From assembly GCA_977030845.1 (NCBI GenBank), contig OZ365111.1:10726001-10790000 (forward strand): a DNA stretch of 64,000 bases, in the 5' to 3' direction. Of the stretch, positions 37,101 to 48,976 are shown piece after piece. Both the position numbers and the translations under genes were made by a program. Position 1 is the first letter of the stretch. Every line of letters starts with the position of its first letter. Under the pieces are notes generated by a model. The model ran no database searches, was not told the origin of the DNA, and saw nothing but the letters and a program-made list of their open reading frames with translations. Source of the stretch: Fimbriosthenelais zetlandica. Its lineage: Eukaryota.

Positions 37101-38627
37101 CTGGGGAGGATTCCAGTCTCTGACTCTGTCAGAGTGGGAGACCTAACCTTTGCATGTCTACATCTACCACTGGAAAGGAGCCATCCGAATATAGTATTAA
37201 GACCATGTATTCATCTATAATATAGTCCATTACACTTAGTGAAACTGGTCCACTTTCTTTTAATTCCATACAAGGAGGTGATCATGCACTAAAGTTGCCT
37301 CTATGTTTGGAAAAGCACGGCACATCCCAGCCACATCAAATGTACTGTACGTGCTTGAGTACATGTCATCCTCCACACTGGAGGAGGGAAAAGCACTCTT
37401 AAAAACAGAGATCCATGCCTCTCATTATCCTACAAGGCAGCATAATATGAATCTCAGCAGGATCTACCACTGTAATTTGATCCATTCAGGATAGATGGTG
37501 CCACAAAATACAAGCAACGTTTACATACTAAAGAGGGCAATATAGAGATATCTTATTGCATGGCAGACATAATGAGCTGCTAGTATAACAACGCTTTAGT
37601 CTATGGTTATACTATGGGGGGAATGACATAGACACTCAATACAACCATTAAGGGTTGATGGGTATTGGGAGCATGGAATACAATGTTCATTCATTAAATT
37701 CTCCGCGTTCAACATAATATAGGCCTAACTAAGGATTCATTTCAGCTTAATTGAGACAGACAGAGGATCGATTTTAAAAGGAAAAATGAGGCTAGTCATG
37801 GGCCTGTTTCAGAATAGAGATGTGCAGTTAACATTGCTTATTTGGCTCAAGAAGTAGCTCATCTTGCTCCTGAAACCTAGCCGAGGCTGGGTAATGAGGT
37901 TAAGCGAAAGGTACCTAAGCGAAAGGTACCTTATAAATGAAGATAGTAAAATTTCTATGAGGTTTCTCATGAAAGGGCAAGTTTATGACACCGCCTGATC
38001 CAGCTCACTCTGGGCATGGACTTCTCCAGGATATAACCTTTCTTGTGGTCAGTTAAAGCTGTGACATTTACCTCCTTCCCTCATGAAATATTGACAGTGG
38101 ACAACGACCTATTGCATCCGAAAGCCAGATGTTGCAAGACAAATGGACCATCCGCACTTATCATAATCAATCACTCTAAGTTTTGGCACGGCTACCAAGT
38201 TTATATTATATCGTCTTACTATTTGATTTTACACTGCAATATTCTATTCTTCAGCCTATACAGGATTGCTATACATTTTGTCTGCAATTACCTCAAAGGT
38301 CTAAGAATACTACTGTATATAAGGCCTTTGAGATGAAACTAAAACTTTCAGTGAAACTAAAACTAAAGTGAAATGTATATATAATTAAATTTGATAATTC
38401 ATCAAAGACCATTGGAAAAACCACTGAGTTAGCCTATGAGTACGGCCTATTGCCAGAGTAGACTAGGACCTAAGCCAATATTATGAGTCTATACTTGCTC
38501 TATATAAATCCCAGATCGATATGCTTGGCCTAGTAAACGCCGGCAATACAGACAATTCATACTTACATTCAAAAGCTTTCTCAGCCGCCTCTGTGTTGTC
38601 TATAGCGATCACCACTGTCCCAGCCAT
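22122..38627 (-). CDS. Universal stress protein (UspA domain), 214 aa
   Basis: Exons 38627-38567, 36959-36879, 33056-32950 and 22517-22122 (645 nt; phases 1, 1, 0). The protein reads MAGTVVIAIDNTEAAEKAFE-WYMDHLHRAGNRICILHCV...KIKALEEKY...GKPGEVVCRVCKEEKAGLIVIGSRGLRGIKRTLKGSVSDHVLHNCSCPVVV, carrying the USP ATP-binding motif G-2x-G-9x-GS. Confidence 0.9.
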
Positions 38628-41600
38628 ACTTTTTGATGATGAGCAGCTCCAAAAGAAATTTACTTCCAAATATCCTTTGATGTTTAAAAAAACAGGAGAT
38701 GAAGGATGAAGTGTAATTTCGGCGGATCAATGGATTCTGAGTCAACTCCAGGTACAAGTACTACTATTGCAAGAGCAGCTCCACTGACTGCTCTTATTGC
38801 TACTGCTCCTTGTCACTCCCTGCTGCTGGGTCCTCCCCCAACCTCCTACTTCAGTGTCAGGATCTATCGTCGTCAAGCTCATGGGTGGCCCAATGATAAG
38901 GAGAACTATGTTGAAAATCACTACACAAGATCCAGTCTAAGATAAATGATGGACGAGGATGGTACTTGGATAAAAATCCACTTATCCATGGTTTAGAGAA
39001 CAGCGAATCCACACGAAAATGACCCAACATGGGCATTCAGGTTCGAAGCAGGCCAAGACTGTAGGATAAGGTGTGGACTGTGTTTTGGTGGTGTGCTGTG
39101 ATGGTAGTGGTAGTAGGGAATGCTGGAGGGTGGGTGATGGCCCTTGGTGTTGGTGTTGGGTGTGTTAGCTGTTGAGGGTAACAGGGTTACAGTTCCACCC
39201 TCCTCTGGCTGCTACAGCTGCTGCTACTAATACTACTACTAGAAGCATGAGGCATCACTCGGGTGAACTCAAAGCACCACCCACACCCCCTTCCTCTTCT
39301 CCTCCTCTTCCTATCCCAACACGCCTATCATCAGTACCACCACCACCACCACCACCACTACCTATATATGTCCTTTCACCTATTCAAAGCCAAACTGGAG
39401 CAATCAGGTAGTTGAACTTTAAGGCAGGTTTCCTCCACTTGCAGCTGTCCCAGCACATCTGAAAGTCCACTGTAGTCGTCTTTAAAGAGGGCTGAGGGGC
39501 GAGGTGGCAGGTTCAGGTGTTATATACGACCAGCACCATGGCCTTGTTGGTGCTTGGACTGAGCTATGGCTAAGCAGCCTGCTGTCAGCTTCAGTAATGC
39601 AGAGTCGGAGAACGCAAGGCAAGCTCGATACTGTATATATTCCTCTGCACAGCCTTCCAAGCCTTCCATCTCCTGCACAAGCAGGAGGGTCTGGCAGTAT
39701 TGCAGCATCGATATTTTAGACCGAGCACAGAAAGAGTGGCTGAAGCAGGCTCCCCCTCTTCCTCTCTCTCCTCCTTCTCCACCTCCTCCTCCTCCCACAT
39801 CTCCTACTCTCCCTTCCTTCCTATCATACTGGCAGATAGATAGACCAGCCTATAGATCAGAATCCCCCAGACACTGGCATATATCCCAGATCTGATATGA
39901 ACTCATCTTTCTGAAATTAGTCTCTGGTGTATCATCAATGTCTTCAGCACAAAAAGTGGTTTTAAAAATGATCCCAAATGCATTCATTGGTTTGGCTGAG
40001 CAACTCAAAACCACTTGTTAGGAACACGTCTAGATTCGGGACAAATCAATCGTTACGTAGACTAATCTTACTTTGCAGACTTAGGCAAGCGAAGGCCCAC
40101 TAGGGAATAGACCCAATAGGACCTAGTTAATACATCAGCAGAAAAGTACGCCTACCTCATGCATTAATGCATTACTAGCCAATGACCCAGTGGATGCCCA
40201 GAGTCCTACAATAACCCAACCTCCCTTCCTGCTCAACTCAGGTGACGATCAAAATCACTGACATAAATCTAATGCCTCCGCTCCAGCAATGCGTGCACAA
40301 TTTTCACATCAATCAGAAGACATGTTGGTATGGTCTATAGCTTCAGGCAGTCACAGGTTTAAAAGGACCAAAGATCAATGAGCCGTTGCATGTTCTAGAA
40401 CGAGTCACTGAATTGTACCTTAGATCATGTAAGTGCTGTTCAACTTTCAAATATTTTTCTCTCCCAACCCATTTGATATACTGCTGAAATTGTCGATAAT
40501 GAAAAACTGTTGCTAAAAATGATAAATGTAGTGATCCTCTGTAAATATGGATTTGGCAGGATCAGAATATATCGGGATATACGATATAATTTTTACTCCA
40601 ATTTTACTATATCTAAACATTAAATTACGGTCAAATGTTTTGAGAGGAAAGCAATGTTGATGGGTGGATATTGGACGAGAGGAACAAGGGAGCATGAGGA
40701 GGATGGGGAATGAATAGCTGGCATCAGGCAGTACTTGTTCGGTCATTTAGTACAGGCTCAAGTGGTGGAGAGTGCTCCAGGCTTAACTAGCCAGGCTTTC
40801 CTGGTGCGTGTAGTGTGAATTAGTGAACAGTATGGAAAAGAAAAAGGCATATCTAACCCACCGTCTAATAGAACAATGACACTGTAAAGGGAAACTTTAA
40901 CTCGGATTCCAAATATTATATAACATATCAAATGCAATGATCCAAAGTAGGCCTAACCATTGTTGAGTTTCGGATCTTCGGGAGTATGGATATATCAATA
41001 TGAAAAAGGTTAAATGGAAGAGAGTGGGATCTAGCTTATGATTTAGCATGAATCATTTTGATCGCTTCACGGAAGCAGCTGCCTATTTATGATATTTCAG
41101 GACAGGCCGGATATTTTGAAGCATCCTTGTAATGGAATCACCTTGTTTTCTGACACTACACTTGTGTTCAGCAGCACAACGTCTGGCACAACCAGAGGGA
41201 TCAACCAACAAACAGGACGATTCAATTGATGTGCTGACATAGCTTTAAAGATATAGCTATAAGCAGAAGGCAGTGGTCAATACAAACAGTGGACAAGGAA
41301 TCATTGCCAATATCAGAGCTTCTTCTCAGTTTCATCACAGTTGGAGAATGTTATCCTTTAAAAGTTTTTTTAGATATTGAGGTTCGGGGATAACAGGCTT
41401 GTTAATGTTCAGTGCTGACGTTGCTGTTTTAAATGTCAACCGAAAGAGAAAGTCTTTTCTCATAGAGCACACTATGGGTAGAGTAATGCCTAGTATTGCA
41501 TGCCAGTGAAAGGGCGTCATTCTTGTCTTCTGAAGTGGTACATATGAAGGCAGAGATTTCAAAATAATGTTATTTCTCTATTATCGAAAATGAACTATCT

Positions 41601-44055
41601 GGTGGCCTTTTTCCGAACTTTTTCTGATTTTCGGCTTCTTGGCAATAAAAAGAGGAAAAGGGTAGCACCAGAAATACATAGTGAAAGACAGAGAAAGAGC
41701 AGATTCGGAAATCACCTGTGGCAAAAATGGCCTGTAGAGGAAAGTATATTGAAAGAAAGACAGACAAATGTAGGAAGGGCCTAAAGCCACCAACCCTGAT
41801 TGTCATACAAGTAAATACAGGAGCTCTAAGACCTTTAGGCTGCTGGCTTTCACCAAACTGCCTGGGGTGTAAGAAGATAAGCTCCAGGGTAGACGGTTAG
41901 CATCACCCGGTGCCTGAAGAAAAGGAGATATGAACAAGATCTATGTTACAGTATGGAGATAGGTCAGGGGCTCGTGCAATTGGGTCACCTAAGTCGATAG
42001 GAGTCAAAGGTTGGGGTGTCCGAAAGATCCAAACATGTGGCCAAAATGCCAATTATATGGTTACACGTATCCTTTCTTCAGAAACTACAATTCAACATCA
42101 ATACTTGTAAAAGCATTAAGGGTACATGCTCAAATATCAATAATTACCTTAAAAGAAAGCCCTATAGATCTATATAGGTTGAGAAACGGAATGAAATTTC
42201 AGGGGAGCCTGAACTGTCTTGGTTACAAGATAAATATGTGAGTATTTCATTTCTTTTCATTGCAACAAAATAGAGGCAAATGAATGAGGTGGCCATGATA
42301 AACAGCAGCACAACCATAACTTCGGGCATTCCACCTCGTTTGATGATATGAGAGAGAAATAGGTACAGACTGAGCACTGAATAACCAGAGGCTAGACCAG
42401 ACACAGGCTGACAGATGCCACCAAGCAATACTCACAAAACTAACAACCCTAGTTACTTGCAATACCACCAAGCAATACCAACAGCTAAATCCATTCACGC
42501 TGGAGCACCCGGTGCCTACCAACCAATATCCATGGCTAAATTCATTCATGGCAGAGCGCCCCACAACCTTAAAGGCTTCAGGTCAAGGTGAATGAAAGAT
42601 GTTTTTTTCTGCTGCCATGGCTGTAGTCAGGGGATATTCGATCAAGCCAGTTTTTCCTCATCCAAGACAGGCCCAACAACCACTGTAGTCAGCCTGGAAA
42701 TACTGTCATCACCTTCACTTAGAAATGGCATGGGTTTTCTTTTAATAAAAGCTGAAAAGGTGTCTCTCATCGAAATCAGGCACTGAACATATAGAATGAT
42801 AGATAGGAATTCAAGATTTCCAGAATCAAACAATGAGTCTGGAAAAGGTTGACTTCTATCTACAGGGGCAAGCTGATGTAGGCCTATAATGAATATAGAA
42901 CATCTATAATCATTATAGAACGTCTTTCCTTTGAAACAGACCCCATAAAATAACTATAGCGTGGGACACTTATATTGGCTAATTTCCCTTGAAACAGAGC
43001 CCAGGACAGCAAGCGGTATAGGCAGGCCTGGAAGATCCAAGATAGCAATTTTAGATGAGATGGGAAGCAGTGGCTCTAATGAGACAGATCAATATGAGAT
43101 GTATTATATTCTAATCTGGAATCTAGAAATATGAGAGTCGGATCGATGCAATCACTGGTTCAGACCGACAAACTGCTATCCCACAATACGTTCCATCTAG
43201 CCCCTTTCAGATTGCCACATTCTGTTAATCCTCTGACATCAGAATTGTATGTTAGAGGCATTTAAAACACGTAGAAATCATGAAAGCTTTTCCTAAGAAT
43301 ATTTCATAATTCTCATATGAAATGAAAACCACACTACAATGAATTATGGCAGCTATTTACATGAAGCTGATTTTGATTAATCATCTATTACACTAATGCT
43401 CCCTCCTGGACAGATTATAGTGAAAAGCAATTATAGAACTAGTATGCATGAAAACCCGACTATTTGCCAAAGGTGACTATTCTGGTCAAGTAATTTTGAA
43501 CAAATGAGTAGCTTAGGGAGCTACGCTGGTCGTAGAATTGAACCCTTTTGATCCTATTAAGCTGAATGTGGCTGACGTCCAATGTATAAGGACCTCAATT
43601 AAGGGACAATGCTTGACCACTGCAGCGTAACGTGTAATTTGCTCCATTATTGCGTCATTTGCTAGGCTTGCTTAAGTAAAATGGCAGGGAGACCAATGTC
43701 CCCAAATATATCATATGGTTCGAGGTCTTGCTATTCGTTTCTGCTGAGTAGAGCAAAATGTCATCAAATTAAGATTTATATTTTGCATCTGAATTCACCA
43801 AAGTAAATTATGGTGTAATGCTTGCCAGACAATATCATGTTAACCATTATCTAGATTGCTGAGATTTGTTTCATATTTAGGAGAAAACGATCGACTCAAA
43901 TCGATCATTGCAAATCATTACTTCTATGGCGCCTGTGCCATTACATAGCCGAGACACCAGGAAACCATATGTTAGTCAATCCCTCTATGGTATCAGCTAG
44001 CATACAAAAACATAATCATGTATTCAAATGTAGCCTACAGAAATTCCTCTGTTAC

Positions 44056-44201
44056 CTGGATGCAACAACATTCCTACGATGCCAGGGGATATTTCACTCT
44101 TCAAAAAAGGTCTGCCCTGAGCTTGGTGAGGAAACTTGTGGATAAAATAGTTAAAAGAGAGTGTTGACAACGACATGAGGTCACGTGACCTGCTCACGTG
44201 A
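44056..44201 (-). promoter_or_regulatory. Probable USP-gene promoter and 5'UTR exon with tandem CLEAR/E-boxes
   Basis: GGTCACGTGACC (44179-44190) and TCACGTGA (44194-44201) sit in a CpG-containing patch. A minus-strand donor CCAG/gtaaca lies at 44056/44055, and the nearest downstream minus-strand coding exon is USP exon 1. Confidence 0.5.
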
Positions 44202-44749
44202 TACGGTACTTAGCTGACTGCGCCTGAGCGATAATGAAGCAATCTGCCATTGAGATTTTTTCCTTTCTATAATTATATATGGGACTACCGTCACTACAGT
44301 GAGGGCTGTTTCGTGTAGGCCCTAGGGACTAATCTTATATAATGTAGTTTACTTTAAAGTCTTGAAAGTTTGTTGCAAACTGGAGTACTTACAATCATGG
44401 CAAAATAACAGAATAGAATGGCTATTGATATATATTTAATTAAACTTTTATTTACAAACTCCTTCTGGACTTTAGAGGTATTTATTTCTGACTATATAAA
44501 ATTGTCCGTATTAAATGGAATGCTAAGTGTACATAAATATGACTATAATTACAGGAATAATCAGGATATAATATTATATAGATACTTTCTGGCAAAAATA
44601 ATGTTATTTCCTATCACATTAATAATTAGTTCTATATCACTGCATATAAATATATATGGGAAAGGTTTTGTGAGTAAACAATAATTAATGCTGGAGAAAA
44701 GTCTATTATTTTGAAAAGTGGCAATTTCAGAATAAATATGCCAAGTTGA

Positions 44750-47143
44750 TTAGTTTCCAGCATCTTTCATCTTAGCAGAACCAGCTGACTTTCTTGCCCC
44801 CTTCTTCCCCTTCTTTGTTGTAGCCTTGGGTGATGGCTCAGGTTCTGGGTTTCCACGGTCACGTGGTTCCCTCGTTTTGTACGAAGATTGTTCATGGAAA
44901 ACTACATTGGCCTTTTGTCGCAAAATCTCGAATGCTTTTGGGAATTGAATAATTTTGTTATTGGATACATCCAGATCCTTGAGGTTTGGTAATTTGGCAA
45001 TTCCTTCTGGTAGAGAGGAGATAATATTGTCAGAGACATCCAGTTTGGCGAGACCTTTCATCTTCACAATGTCGCCTGGAAGTGCTTCAATGTCATTTCC
45101 ACAAGCCTCGACGATATTGATCCTGTACAAATAAGGGAAATCAGTTGGAAAGGCATCGATATGGTTCCTAGACACATTGAGCGACAACAGGGAAGCCAGG
45201 ACATCGATGGAGTCATTGGGGAACGTGAGCAACTCGTTACCTGACAGATCCATATGGATGAGTTGGTTGAGCTCACCAAAGTTGTCAGGGAGTGAAGTGA
45301 TCTTGTTCTCTTTGAGACTGAGATTCTGTAGGCTGCCAAGCTTAGTCAGTGGCGCAGTGAAACCTGTGATGCTGTTGTTGGAAGCATCAAGGTCTTGTAG
45401 TTGTTCCCAGGCCTGGATCTTATCAGGGAATCCTGAAAGGTTGTTGTTAGAAAGATTAACAGTGAGTAGATTTCTCACTTTGAAGATGTCCTCTGGTAAG
45501 GAGGTTAGATTATTATTGGATAAATCCAGCGTCTTTAGCATTTTCAGCTTGCTGAGCACATTAGGAATGCCATCAAGACCGAGTTTAGATAAAGACAGTT
45601 CTGTTATTTTCAGAGCATGCCGATCATCTGCCATGTGACTGAAAACTGAGCCACGAGGGTCATCAGCAGGCATGTGCAGAGGATTCTCAGAGGCGTTCAA
45701 GGTTTGCAGAGTCTTTGGCAGATGGAAACCGACCAGATGATTTCCTGCCACGTCCAGATTCCTCAAGGTATACAGCGCATCAAAGGACTTAGGTAGAGCA
45801 GAAAGTTGGTTATTTCCCAGGAGCAAAGTTTCCAAGTTCCTCAGTTTTCTCATGTCTTGCGGCAGACCTTCGATCCTGTTGTTTCCCCCGTCAATATAAG
45901 TGATGATCTGCTCATTTCCAAGAGAATCGGGCAACATGGAGACTTTATTATTGGCAAATATGAGCTTCTTCAGGGTGCGGACTCTACCCAGGCCATTAGG
46001 CAGGGAAGTGAGGTTATTGTTAGACACGTCTAAGGTTTGAAGACTCTTCATTCCATCGAGATCCTCAGGGAGGAAATCAATTCGGTTAAAACCAAGGTCT
46101 AAAACAACACAGTTCTTCAACATACTAATCTCTTCTACGTTTTGGATAGCATTGTGCTTCACAAGCAATGTCTTTAAGCTCTTCATTTCTTTCATTTTGC
46201 TGGGCAGAAGAGTGATAGCATTATGTACTGCATTTAACACTCGCAGTTTTTTCAATCGGTAGATTTCCTCAGGTAAATAATTAATTTGGTTATTGTCAAC
46301 GTGCAACTCGGTGAGGGAATATTCTAGATTGCACAACTCGTCAGGTAGAAACTGGAGCCGGTTATTGGAAGCTTTGAGGCGATTAAGATATTTGATAAGG
46401 CCCACTTGTGGTGGTAGTTCTTCAATCTCATTGTAGGAGATGTCCAAGAATGTTAAACACGTCAGATTTTCAATGCCACTTGGCAAGGTTTCCAGCATGT
46501 TGTGTGAGGCATCTATACTGTGAATGCATGGGTTTTTGATGGCTACAGCGGGTAGATCCCTAATTTTATTGTTCGAGACATTGAGAGTCAATGGGAGCTT
46601 ATAGATGTTCTTCTTCAACGATTTAATCACATTGTTAGAGATGTCAAGCTTGGATAGGTTGGGAGCAGTGCCTAGTTTAGCAGGTATTGTCTTCAGTTTG
46701 TTGCCTGCAGCATTGAGATCAATCAAAGCAGTGGCCTTGTGTAAAGTTGCGGGCAGTGCTTTGATTGTATTGCCTGACAAGTCTAATGTAGTCAATTGTT
46801 TGAGTTTACTCACACTCCCCGGTACCCTACTTATCAAATTGTTCTTCAGATCAATCAGTTCCAGTTCGGTGAGAGATGAAATGGCACCAGGAACCTTTTT
46901 GATTCTGTTATTGGGAGCTTCGAGCAGCCTGGATCTTTCCATCAGTTCCTCATTCTTGTACATCTCTGGTGGCAGTGATTTGATGCTTGTGGTGGACCAC
47001 CTAAGCTCCACGCCCAGTTTGCCTTGCTCCTTGGTGACAACATGGCGCCTGATGGTCGGAGGCAAGGCCACAATTTTGCTCCCGGGACCAATCGTCGGTG
47101 GCGGTTTCTCATCTTTCTTCTTGGCACTTCTTCGTGCACTCAT
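44750..47143 (-). CDS. Leucine-rich repeat protein (797 aa, single coding exon)
   Basis: Uninterrupted ORF of tandem ~23-aa LxxLxLxxNxLxxLP repeats with Lys-rich termini. A 5'UTR acceptor at 47262 and an upstream donor at 48625 support a spliced leader. Orthology not assignable by eye. Confidence 0.92.
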   Translation of the reverse strand: MSARRSAKKKDEKPPPTIGPGSKIVALPPTIRRHVVTKEQGKLGVELRWSTTSIKSLPPEMYKNEELMERSRLLEAPNNRIKKVPGAISSLTELELIDLKNNLISRVPGSVSKLKQLTTLDLSGNTIKALPATLHKATALIDLNAAGNKLKTIPAKLGTAPNLSKLDISNNVIKSLKKNIYKLPLTLNVSNNKIRDLPAVAIKNPCIHSIDASHNMLETLPSGIENLTCLTFLDISYNEIEELPPQVGLIKYLNRLKASNNRLQFLPDELCNLEYSLTELHVDNNQINYLPEEIYRLKKLRVLNAVHNAITLLPSKMKEMKSLKTLLVKHNAIQNVEEISMLKNCVVLDLGFNRIDFLPEDLDGMKSLQTLDVSNNNLTSLPNGLGRVRTLKKLIFANNKVSMLPDSLGNEQIITYIDGGNNRIEGLPQDMRKLRNLETLLLGNNQLSALPKSFDALYTLRNLDVAGNHLVGFHLPKTLQTLNASENPLHMPADDPRGSVFSHMADDRHALKITELSLSKLGLDGIPNVLSKLKMLKTLDLSNNNLTSLPEDIFKVRNLLTVNLSNNNLSGFPDKIQAWEQLQDLDASNNSITGFTAPLTKLGSLQNLSLKENKITSLPDNFGELNQLIHMDLSGNELLTFPNDSIDVLASLLSLNVSRNHIDAFPTDFPYLYRINIVEACGNDIEALPGDIVKMKGLAKLDVSDNIISSLPEGIAKLPNLKDLDVSNNKIIQFPKAFEILRQKANVVFHEQSSYKTREPRDRGNPEPEPSPKATTKKGKKGARKSAGSAKMKDAGN

Positions 47144-48859
47144 TTCTTCTTGGTTATGTATTAATACACGGTTACTCCAGCTGAATCTACTTCGACATAC
47201 TCTGGGCTGTCCTCTGAAACTATAACAGGCCTTCCTTCACTTGCTCCTAGTTCTTTTCCTCCCTGAAAAAGATTAAAAAAGAGTTAAGATTTAAATATTT
47301 TGTACATTAACAGTAGCATACTTGATATTAAAACGTTCTTTGGAAATTGTGTATTTAGATGTGAACATGGGTAAAATATTGCATAATCAATACAAGCACT
47401 TTATTCCCGCGAGGAACTTTCGACCCAACACCTTTCAAATTCAAGCGACCATTGAAATTCAAAATGTTGGGAGTTCGGTAGACAGTCAGAACAATGCATG
47501 TACACATGCACCTCAGGTAACGGCCACAGAGCACTGTGTTGAATATGTATTTACACTATCGAGCCCCGATTGCATGTTCTACCCACACTCTAAACATGGT
47601 AATCTACACCATATTGTAAATATATGGAATAGTGTTCCATGGAATTTATGCTGTGTAATTCCAGCGCAACAATAGCCACAATGGTACAGTGAATTTATGA
47701 CTGACCCGATCCAATACACAAGGAGCCTATGAGCTCTAGCAAAAGGTCAGATCCGATATAAAGTATCTAAATGATCATTACGAGGCAAAATCTTTCTTCA
47801 TGCCTAATCTGAAACATGGTAATGGAATGGGAATGCACCTGAGGACAAAGCTATCACAATGACTTATTATTCTTCTCATAATCATGTCAAGCTATCCATA
47901 GTAAATGACTCATGTGTATTCTCCGAATATTCATTATATAAAAAAATGGTTTGCTGTAGCTAGGTAATAGGAAATTCCCGACAGGCTCTTCCTCAATTTA
48001 CTTCTAAAAGAAGGATGGGTTCCCAAGACGATCAAATCAGGATATCATGTCATGAATTTTATTTCACCTGATTTCCATCACAAGTGACTTTAGCCTGAAC
48101 AGACACGGCCCGGTATTAGATGATGCAAAAGTTAATTAGTCGGAGCCAGTGAGGTGGAATATCAATTAACCTCTGGGACGTGGGGGACGATTTCTCATTT
48201 TACAGTAATGGTTTGACCCGCGCCTGTCGCACCATAAAGACTTTGTGTTAGGGCATTATGTGTTATTACCGATTATATTACCACTGGTTTGAACCGCATA
48301 GTCAACAGGATTTACCTGGTAGTGGTTGTGGTATTAAACACTAAGGTTTGTGTGAAAGAGGAATTTTCTTTAAACTATGATTTTAAATGAAAACGGTGCT
48401 CTGAGAAGGTTATGGTTATGAAATAATTTTAATTACTAAAGACTAGAATGTGTACGTGAATCAATAATAAAAAAACTTATGAGTAATAATCATTTAGTTG
48501 GCAAAGAGAACAAAATTAAAAGTTTAATACTGCGCAAGTAGGTTTGTACTATGCACTGTAATATATAGGCCTACTGTAGTAAATATTAAAACTGTTTGTG
48601 AAGGTAATAACTTAGGTGACTCACCTGTCTTGATTTTAAAGTTTTAACTGCAGTGAAGCTCTCCTCTGACAAAGATTATCCAAAATCAACGGGAACGTAA
48701 GATTGTGACCAGCTTGGGAAGATACCCGAGGTTATATATTATATGAAAAACAAGCTTAAAAACAGGGTGTCAAAACTTTTCAGTTAGCCTATGGTACGAT
48801 TGTCAGTATACATTGTTGGTCGCGCCAACAGTGGAGTTTCCACACCTAGCTTGTGCGAG

Positions 48860-48976
48860 CCAGTCGCGCTTAGCAACGGCCAACAAAAGCTTGGTTGACC
48901 AAGAGGGGAACATGGGACCTGTGATACACATGTCAGAGAGTGAGGGGACCGACCACTACCACAGTACAGCCAATCA
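48860..48976. promoter_or_regulatory. Candidate LRR-gene promoter with RFX half-site and CCAAT box
   Basis: CpG-rich patch containing CTTAGCAACGG (about 48866-48876) and AGCCAATCA (48968-48976), upstream of the 5'UTR exon whose donor is at 48625. Confidence 0.4.

Noticed and set aside
45064-47225. Long overlapping ORFs of 153 and 206 aa and others
   Set aside because: Antisense or alternate-frame shadows of the LRR coding exon.
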